Part shown: piece by piece, positions 55,368-64,000 of the stretch | Layout of the letters: each line of letters opens with the position of its first letter | Numbering within the stretch: the first letter of the stretch is position 1 | From: Utricularia gibba | Taxonomy: Eukaryota; Plantae; Magnoliophyta | DNA: 64,000 nt | Assembly (NCBI GenBank): GCA_002189035.1 | Contig: NEEC01000018.1 | Span: 930,001-994,000, forward strand | Direction: 5' to 3' | Notes under the pieces: model-generated | What the model was told of the DNA's origin: nothing | Database searches by the model: none | Seen by the model: the letters and a program-made list of their open reading frames with translations, nothing else | Program-made: the position numbers and the translations under genes

Positions 55368-57227
55368 TGATCACCGTAGACGGCTTCAATATTACTAAAC
55401 TTACATGTATCAAATGAAGTGAATTCATAGGCCGCCCTGCCCTTAGCATGAGGATTTTTTCTGGGCTATGCCTCTGTGCTTCCACTCATTTGCACAATAC
55501 CATACAGCAAACCCTAACATTCCCAGTTCCCAATTCTGGCCATTGGAATTAATGATCTCATAACCCTGAAAAAAATGATGGCCAATCATAAGACATCAGA
55601 AAAAGAAAAGAAAAAAGAAGGAAAGAAATGTCTTAAGTATCATAATTGTAAGAGGATTGAAGATGGGAGACTTTGGTAATAATTATTTATGAAGTCGTGG
55701 GGCAATTCTTTTCCACACTAATCAATTATCAGCCATCCTGTTAGTCCAATAATTTGATTATTTTGGGGCAAAATCAGCAGAATCTACTGCCCTAGCCTGC
55801 CTGCATCATCATCCATTAAACCCTAATCCCCCACTAAGTTACCCCACATTGCAGTAATTTCAAAAAATACTGAGCAAACCAAGAGACGACGTCGTTTCCT
55901 ATTTCTGGGGCTGTGTATGCTAGGAGGAGAAAAAGACGGGTGGAGTTTGCCACCGTCACTACAATCAGTATAAGAAATTTAATCATAATTTTCAAAATTG
56001 CATCATAGTTTCCTCAATCTATTTTTTTGTAAATAGTTTACCTCTCAATTTATCAAAATTATATATTTAACTCTTCATATTATCAAAATTCATCAATTTT
56101 GATCTTAATATCATTATAACGGTGTATCCTTATGGATTTCGATTCAACTAACTTTAGATGCAAATGCAAAAAATCATAGCATGAATTGTTTTTGGATTTA
56201 AAATTAAATTCAATTTACAGTATTGTGAATCAGTTCACTTTTAAAAAATTTTAAAAACTATTTAAATCTTGGTTAACAGTTTTAACATTTTGATATGTTT
56301 TTTTGTAATTTTGAAACTTAAATATTAAATTCTTTATAATAATCAAAACTTGAAGTATTTTTATTGTAATTTTCTCAAGAAAAAGACTTATTTCAATAGG
56401 CATATTGTTGATGCTTCTTCATCTCTTCCCTGTCCCAACTGCCATTGGAATGAGTTGACTGACTGTGGCAGCCGACAAACAGAGAGGAGGGGTTACTATT
56501 ATTTGCAAACTTCACCAGTTAAACAACACCAGAGCAAGTAGAAGTGGAACAAAACTCTTAAATGCAGTTGCCAAAGCCTAGAGGCGTAGCCCCATGTTCT
56601 TCTCCTTGCCTCTTTCTCATCTAATCTACAGTACTGTACAACTGCAACCTCATCTCCATGTATTTATTGTACTACGCAGTAGAAATTATGCTACATGACT
56701 GGAGACAGATCCCATTCTCCCTTGGAGGCACGCTCTGCCTTGCCAACTGCTAGCCGACAAAAACCAGTTCAATGGAAAGGAAGAGTTAGAAGTGGATTTC
56801 TGGAAAACATAACTTGTTAGGGTGTTGTGATGAACTGTAAGAGATCTGATGTTTCTGGTAATGAGATGATCGATTACTTATGGAACTGTATCAGCCCTTC
56901 AACAAGGGTAAACAATGTTTAATGTAGTTACCAAGTGTCGTTCAAGTTAAGTCAATCTTGTGTTCCTTCTTCCAAACACATCTCGTGGAAAACCCGAATT
57001 ATGTTAGGCAAGACAGATTGATTGCATAATAACAAGTCACTGGTAAGAATAGTTCCCAGGTCCAAAGACTGGAATGCATGCAATAGCTGCGCTGTGTGGA
57101 GTCCATCACGAAAGGTGAACAGTTTTCTCATATTGCTGGAGGGAAAAATGATTGGAAATGTTGCTATGGTCGTTGCTAGGGACATTACTATCAGTTGGAT
57201 AGTAAACAGAAGCACAAGGGTGGGAGA

Positions 57228-58470
57228 TCAAAGCTCGTCCTCGTCGATCCCAATAAGCTTTGCAAGTTCTCCACTTTCGTATGCTTCCAGAGTGTCTGCA
57301 ACCAAAGAAATCCAGTTGACACATTGCGTAGAAAAATGGAATGTGGATGACCAATGAGGGTACCATCAGAGCCTCCAATGTGTTTCCCATGAACGAACAC
57401 CTGTGGGACGGTTCGTCGTCCCACGATCTCAGAGACAGCTTGCTGGATTTCAGGGCCATCATCTGAAAATCAATGGTGAAAGCATTAGCTGAAAGGTAAA
57501 CAAGTGAACTGTATATCCGGATGAACATTCATAGAATCATGAACTAGGTGCTACCCCAACTGGGAGAAAGAAAAAACTAATGAAAACATCACTGGATGCC
57601 TGTCTATCAAAGCTCCTTTGATATTTTATTGTGTGTAATTCAGGATGATTTAGAGTAATGAAAATATGAACCTTGTTCATCGAGTTCAATGATGTAAGGC
57701 TTCTGCATCAATTCCTTGAAGACTGCCTTTGCCCTTTTACAGTATCTAATTAGGGAAAACACGCCACAGTCAAGGAAGCAGAAATTCAATGGCCATATGG
57801 GGGTGGGGGAGTGGGTTGAATCACTTCATCAACAAGTTAACAGGGGGATCTAAAAAGCAAGAAAGTGCAATAAAAGAAAGTGTTCATCAACATCTCAAAA
57901 AAACACTCAATCCCATGTCCTTCAGAAAGCAAGCTTTCTTGATAAAAATCTACTTCTTTCGTATACCACGAAAAATCTGCATTATATCAATGATCTGAAA
58001 CCTCATACAGCCCCAGACATTCAACTTAATCCAGAGAGCTGGATCTAATATAAAATGGGACAGAACAGGCGGAATCGGATCCCGCAAATCTCCCAGTGCC
58101 ACAGACATAAGAAATAACCGTAAAAGCACACGATATACCAGATTCAACAAATTTGACCCAAAAAACATCGCCTAAGATTTACTTCATCGTGCATAGAAAA
58201 CCAGAAATCCTCAACACATGACCATACAGAATGCACCCATTAGCAAATTCAAGGGAAACCCAAAACGAATCAAAGAACAAGCAGTCCATACGGGCAATAA
58301 GATTTGGAGAAGATGACAATGGGGTGAGATTCAATAGTCTTCTTCACGAGGGAAATCCGCTGTTCCAGAGAGATTTCGGTGGCCACAGAAAACGATGTCA
58401 GGCATGCAAGCACCAGTAACGCCATCAATGAAATGAAACGCAGCGATGACAGCACGGTGGTCGTCGCCAT
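57228..58470 (-). CDS. GRXC4: Glutaredoxin, CPYC class, with N-terminal signal/anchor; 4 exons
   Basis: SKSYCP|YC active site split by intron 1, [25 protein letters not shown] and an acidic C-terminus DEDEL*. Confidence 0.92.
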
Positions 58471-60039
58471 CGCGGATCCCCAAGGTTTAGATGCGAATAG
58501 AAAGAGTCCTTCAAGGAGGCGAGCAACGCTTCTACTCAAGCGACATTCTTTAATTGAAGTCAACAAAATTTAGCAGAAAAAAGGAGTAAACGAAAGAAAA
58601 TATACAAAGAAAGCTACCCCTGTTTTTCATTTTAGAAAAGTGGCCATTCAGTTGAAAAAAAAATGATCAATTTATAATCTATTTTTAAAAGTAATTATCC
58701 TAACTTTATATCTTACATAATTAATTTTTTATATATATGATAATTATTTTTCTCACAGAGTAAAAAAAAAAAAGATGATTAATTTTTAAATTCATGCTCA
58801 ATAATTTATATCTAAATTTTTTGTCTTTAGTACTCAAGTGAGGAATTGATATTGACTACCAGATCAAGCTCAAGGTTATCTCATGAAAGGAGGAAGTTTC
58901 ATATCTAAGTCTGAGCTTGCAACAATGATGATGTGGATAGTTGGTGCAAAAATTGAATCAAAAAAGTGTTCAAGACATTTATTTTGAATTTGTGATTAAT
59001 TAGTCTCTTTTTTTATGGTATCTTTAGGTTTACATGAATGAATAATCAAATTTTAAAAAGTTAAAATATCATGTCAGATTCTTTATTAACATGCTGATTC
59101 AAAATAGTGCACACTTAAAATATTATGATTATACATCATTATATGAATAATTATTACTTTTATTTGTTATTACCATAAGACAATGAGTCACATATTGGCT
59201 CCCTTGAACACTCCTTTTATCAAAAGGGTGTATGTAAAATACCACTCATTTTAAAAATATTAATTAAATACCACTTATTTTAATTTTAAATAAAATAACA
59301 AACTATTATTGTGTGTGAAATTTTTGTTATACATTTAAAATAAAATAGTTTAAAATAACTATTATTTTAAATTAAATTATTTTCAAACATATTTATTTAA
59401 TAATAACAATTTTATGTATTGTATGATCATTTCTTGTGGTATTTTTACATGACTTATGTATCATAATTGACATTCACGTATTCTTCAGTGTCATCTAATA
59501 TTCCTAAAAATTACTAAAGATTATGTATCATCTGTTTAAAAATATGTGTATATAATATTATTTAATTTATTAAAAATATAAAAATAAATATTTTTCATCA
59601 AAGCATTAAAAAATATGTTTACCATTGTAATTTTGAACATATAAACATTAAATTAAAGCATTATTTAAAGTAAATATGCCTATAATTATATTTTGAAAAA
59701 AAATTATCCATTTATTTTTAATATATTAAATATGTGCTTATTTGTTATTATTTCTATCATCAAGACAGAAATACTGAGCAAATAAATAAATCAAAAAGAG
59801 GTATTCATCAAAATTTGTAAGAGGAAATATCCCCCAGCCGTCGCACAAAGAGTAGAAAAACTGATAACAACCTTGGGATGTTCGAGCGAGAGGCACACCT
59901 AATACAGTATAAAGAAGTTCGGTTTTTCGAATCAAATATGAAATCTGAAACTTTTTTGAATTTCAGCCTATCATGTACTCCTACTATTCCTAGGAAGTCA
60001 ATTGCATGAATACATCAGTGTACCAGTGGAGTGATCTGT

Positions 60040-61221
60040 TCAACCATTCTTAGTAACATATGAGATGAAGAGGTGAAGGTTTTCCAGCCCTAAAGTGAAG
60101 ATTGCACCGAACAAAAAGATCAGTACAAAGGCCAACAATATCTTCCCCACATACAGAAGAGTGAGAGGAGGCTTCTTTGGCGCTGCAGAGTCATGGACAT
60201 CACCATCCTGAAGCCACAAGTAATTGCGATCAACGCCAAGTAAGATCCATGTACCAAGATGATGATTCCATTAACCGTCACACTAATGAAAAGCTCAAAA
60301 TACATGCAGTAAAATATTGTCGGGAATAACAGGGCTTCCTATATTTGATCTGATCCTCACCAAGCTGCTTTCATGATAATGACATTAACATTTCATTATA
60401 CTAATACCAGTAATACTAACTTTTTAATTATAAAAAAATACAGTTCTACTCACAACTAATTCCAAAGGGACTGAATTCCTAAACCCAGGTCACCGAAATG
60501 TAACATTGGAATAACAAAAAAGGCCTATACCTGAGTGGCTTTCCTCCTCCTTCTGCCATGGTGTTCTTGTTTATCATCCATGCCTACCAAGGCAAAAGGA
60601 AAAGCACGAATCAGTCAATATTCAAAGAAGGGTAAGCCAAAAAATCATATCTTCACCATATGATTCAGTGGCAGCCGTTCGCAACTTCCATCCGGAACCA
60701 TAGTCAACTAGCAGAGATCTGTGGCCAAAGCTAACGGGTTCTTCTTCTCCCCTGAAAGCCTCAATGTGCGTTGCTAATAAAACATCCCCCGCTTTAGCTT
60801 CACTCAGCAATTTCTTGTTGATCAAGTCAACAGCAAAACCCGCTTCAGTTCCAGCTGAAAAGCGCCTAGTTTTCCCCGAACTCGTGCACAGTACCTCAAT
60901 AAACTAAATATTGATGCAGTAAATACAGTTAGAATAAAGTCAATCATCGAAGACTCGATTTTATTATTGAGCAACAGCTTTCCAGAACATAGCGTGAAAG
61001 AGTGGAACATATCAAAAAAATTCAGCTAGAAATCGAGATCAAGTGATTCGCCGGTGATAAATTGGAATTCGAAAGGTCAATACCTCAACGGAGTTGCCTC
61101 GAATGTCTCCAAGGATGATCTTCTCGAGGCCATTCACGCCCTTCGTTATTTGGTAGGGAGGAGCATCAGGTTCCGCATCCTCCGCTGCCGCTGACTTCGC
61201 CGGGATATCAGTCGAGGACAT
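60040..61221 (-). CDS. Predicted chimeric 201-aa gene: epimerase-derived exon 1 (61221..61084) plus three exons (60903..60657, 60583..60531, 60207..60040) of an unrelated uncharacterised plant protein with a C-terminal transmembrane helix
   Basis: All three introns are GT-AG with matching phases (0, 1, 0), and the ORF is uninterrupted to TGA. Exon 1 is 117/138 nt identical to epimerase exon 1. Exon 2 carries EVLCTSSGKTRRFSAGTEAGFAV...HIEAFRGEEEPVSFG...GWKL; exon 4 carries LLYVGKILLAFVLIFLFGAIFTLGLENL. Confidence 0.78.
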
Positions 61222-61450
61222 GTTATATCACCTGAAATTTGTCCAAAAGCAAAACCGTATTCGCAGTCTCCTCTTCCTTTTTTCCCCCAATATCTGAATT
61301 CCGTACCGAATTTTATGTTTTCTTATCGGGACTGCTTTTTCCATTTCAGAAATATTATTGGAGTGCAACCGTTTTTTAGTGGGCTGGCTAAGTATATATA
61401 GAGGATATATTGGGCCAGGATCAACGGAGCCCAAAATATGCGTAGCTATT
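60970..61450. repeat. Duplicated block homologous to 38841..39365 (epimerase promoter, 5' UTR, exon 1 and 5' part of intron 1)
   Basis: Collinear similarity from AGCTTT.CAGAACATAGCGTGAAAGAGTGGAA to ATTGGGCCAG.ATCAA...AGCCCAA.A.ATGC.T.GCTATTG; similarity stops on both sides. Confidence 0.95.
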
Positions 61451-61819
61451 GTATTTTTAAAAAAGAAAAAAATATTTGTTAAATTTTAGTTTTGGATAAA
61501 ATAATCTTTTTGTTAATTAATACAATAACATAATTTAAATACATTTTAAAATTTACAGAATGTTTGATTTCAATTAATTATTTTTTAAGGTTTGGATTTG
61601 GTTTTATTTATCTGGTTTTTTAATATTGAAAGCTCTATAAAAATTAAAAATATAATATTTTAATAGGATACATATCCGACAGTGTCGGACCGACACTCTG
61701 ATAAATCGGGCTCTTGAAAAAACAGACACGAGCTCAAGGCCCAATTAAAGCTCAGCCTATCATTAAGTAAACAGTGACTGATAACGGGTGAGTGATTAGA
61801 ATACTAATTGGTATTAGAA

Positions 61820-64000
61820 ATGAGGTTAAGTGCGTTTGTGAAGAAGGGGAAAAGGCAAGCGCCAAGACGAGAGAATGCCTCCTCCAGTTCGTCTCTGCGA
61901 ATGCGGACCTCAGATTCCGCCCCTCACCCCATTTCCAAGCGGGGGAATCGCTCCATCTTCTACGCTTTCTCTTCCTTGCTTGTTTTCCTATTTTGCGCAT
62001 TCCTCCTCAGCAAAAACGTTCTCCACCCACCAAACCTCGATTCCTACATCGATTTCATTTCTAGGAGGGCGCCTAATGATGCTTTGGAGAAATCTGGTCA
62101 GTCACAAAACCCCGCGTCTGTGGATCTTGATGAGGTAGGAGAGAAGGGAGTGGCCTCATCGTTGAAGACTGAAAACAGTGAAGAAGCAGCAGTGCCCGTG
62201 TCATCAAGTTCTGACCTTGATGTTCAGTATGATCAGAAATCAGAGGCTAGCCTGAAAACCAGCGACCCCAAATCGTCGTTTGAGGAATTTGATCTTCCCG
62301 ATTCATCAACATCGGTTATTGACGAGAAAACTGAGGGAGTACAAGGCGTACTTTACATCTATGGGGCATCTGTTGAGAAGGGAGTTCCATCAGGCGCTAA
62401 TGCGGCTGCTATTGACAATGTATTTCTCGAAAAGCTGAGGAATTGTGACTTTTATAGAGGTAAATGGATCGAGGATGACAACCGTCCAATTTATGCACCG
62501 GGCAAGTGCCCGTATGTGGATGAAGCTTTTGATTGTCAGAGCAATGGGAGGCCTGATTCCGGCTACTTGAAATGGAGATGGAAGCCCGACGAATGTGATC
62601 TTCCCAGGTTGTTCATGTATTACTTTTTGCTACTGTTCACTTATTCTTGGGTCCGGGTAATGGTGGTCCATAGCAATCCTCAATTATTATGCTTGTTCGG
62701 ACCATAATCTACTTTTTTGAGCCATTTATTGATGAGAGAGGATACATTCGTAGTATGTGAATTTTACAGCCTTAGAAAAAGATTCTTTGAGGAAGAAAGG
62801 ATTGCACTTTCCTGTAAGTATACATGAGAAAAAGTTAAAATTTAGCTCATTGTGTGATTTTGTGTTTCCTGCCAACTCTTTACGCCTGTGGTCCTTTTCA
62901 CCGTGGTTGACTGTAACGCTGATGTAGGTGTGATAATTTCGTTTCGTTTTTTCAATGTATGGTTGCTATATCAGGTTCAATGCAACAGATTTTTTGGTAA
63001 GACTTAGCGGAAGGAGGCTTATGCTGGTGGGAGACTCAATGAACCGCAATCAGTTTGAGTCTCTCCTCTGTCTCCTGCGCGAAGGGCTGCCTGATAAGAG
63101 TAGAATGGTTGAAATCCATGGCTATAAAATCACAAAGGGACGAGGGTACTATGTTTTCAAATTCGAGGTAACTGCAATCTTGTGATCAAAATTTACTTAC
63201 TCTGAAAGCTAATGTAACACACTAGTTGGTGAATTCTGTGAAGCAGGATTTCAACTGTACTGTGGAGTTTATCCGATCACATTTTCTTGTGCGTGAAGGG
63301 ATTCGTGTGAATGCCCAAGGAAACTCAAACCCCACTTTGTCTATTGACAAGATCGATAAAAGTGCTAAACGTTGGTTGAGAGCTGATATTCTTGTTTTCA
63401 ACACGGGACATTGGTGGACTCATGGGAAGACCTCCAGAGGGTATGCTCCAACATTTCTCATATCCACGTTCCGCATCTAACCCCAGTGTGATGGTGCAGC
63501 AAAAACTACTATAAAGAAGGGAGCTACCTTTATCCCCAGTTTGATGCTGTTGAAGCATATAGAAGAGCCATTCGGACATGGGCTAAATGGATCAAGGCCA
63601 ACATTAGCACAGACAAACTTGTCTTGTATCGGGGCTACTCATCTGCACATTTCAGGTATCATTTCCTCTTGTTACGCTGCATTCATGCATCACAAATGTA
63701 GAAGATTTTAGTGTCTTCCTCACGCATAAACAGAGGCGGGGACTGGGATTCTGGTGGAACGTGCAATGGTGAAGACAAGCCTGTCGTTCAAGGGGCAATC
63801 CTCAAGAGCTACCCTGAGAAGATGACAATTCTGGAGGAAGTCCTCAAGGAAACTGGCGCCCCAGTTGTATTACTGAACATCACAACCTTAACCAACTATC
63901 GGAAAGACGGACATCCGTCGGTGTACGGCAAGAACGTAACCGGGCAGAAGAAGGTTTCTGCAAGAAGGCAGGATTGCAGCCATTGGTGCCTTCCGGGAGT
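61820..64000 (+). CDS. TBL5: TRICHOME BIREFRINGENCE-LIKE polysaccharide O-acetyltransferase (TBL5-like); 5 exons, 3' end outside the window
   Basis: N-terminal TM segment, CDFYRGKW...Y..GKCPYVDEAFDCQSNGRPDSGYLKWRWKP, GDS motif (LVGDSMNRNQFES), FNTGHWW, RKDGHPS and DCSHWCLPG at the window end. Confidence 0.93.

Noticed and set aside
51060-56340. Similar AT-rich segments near 51065 and 56225 (GAA.C.GTTCACTTTT.AAAATTTTAAAAA)
   Set aside because: Probably dispersed TE terminal remnants, but boundaries cannot be defined and low complexity inflates the similarity.
60786-60790. 5-base homopolymer in exon 2 of the chimeric gene, as a possible further frameshift site
   Set aside because: Conserved-looking motifs on both sides are already in the same frame with five bases, so the ORF needs no correction.
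60622-61010. ORF-track calls 60622..60825 and 60822..61010 as stand-alone genes
   Set aside because: They are a partial read of chimera exon 2 plus intron sequence, and an off-frame read; the spliced model explains both.

Overview
Gene-dense plant nuclear DNA with AT-rich intergenic tracts; it is eukaryotic and intron-rich, so the ORF track fragments every gene. Twelve conventional genes can be rebuilt exon by exon: ARM-repeat/PUB-like (+), DUF620 (-), ERO1 (+), chloroplast SecY/SCY1 (-), NADPH-cytochrome P450 reductase (-), AIL/PLT-type double-AP2 factor (+), glucose-6-phosphate 1-epimerase family (-), homogentisate phytyltransferase (-), nucleotide-sugar transporter (+), HD-Zip II (+), glutaredoxin C4 (-) and TBL5 (+, runs off the end). 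The window also has a decayed full-length Ty1/copia element, a clean Tourist-type MITE and several other TE remnants. The main discovery is a thirteenth, apparently chimeric gene at 60040-61221 (-). A copy of the promoter, exon 1 and proximal intron 1 of the epimerase gene 22 kb away splices in frame to three exons of an unrelated small membrane-anchored protein, giving an intact 201-aa ORF. The borrowed exon shows a synonymous-only substitution pattern in its 3' half. An orphan TBL5 3' end at 47630 supports a model in which the chimera is the junction of an old ~22-kb tandem duplication followed by reciprocal gene loss. Separately, four otherwise intact genes each lack exactly one base in a G5/C5 run, and a fifth lacks one base near short C/G runs; this is most likely homopolymer sequencing error rather than pseudogenisation. 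No rRNA, tRNA or CRISPR was seen.
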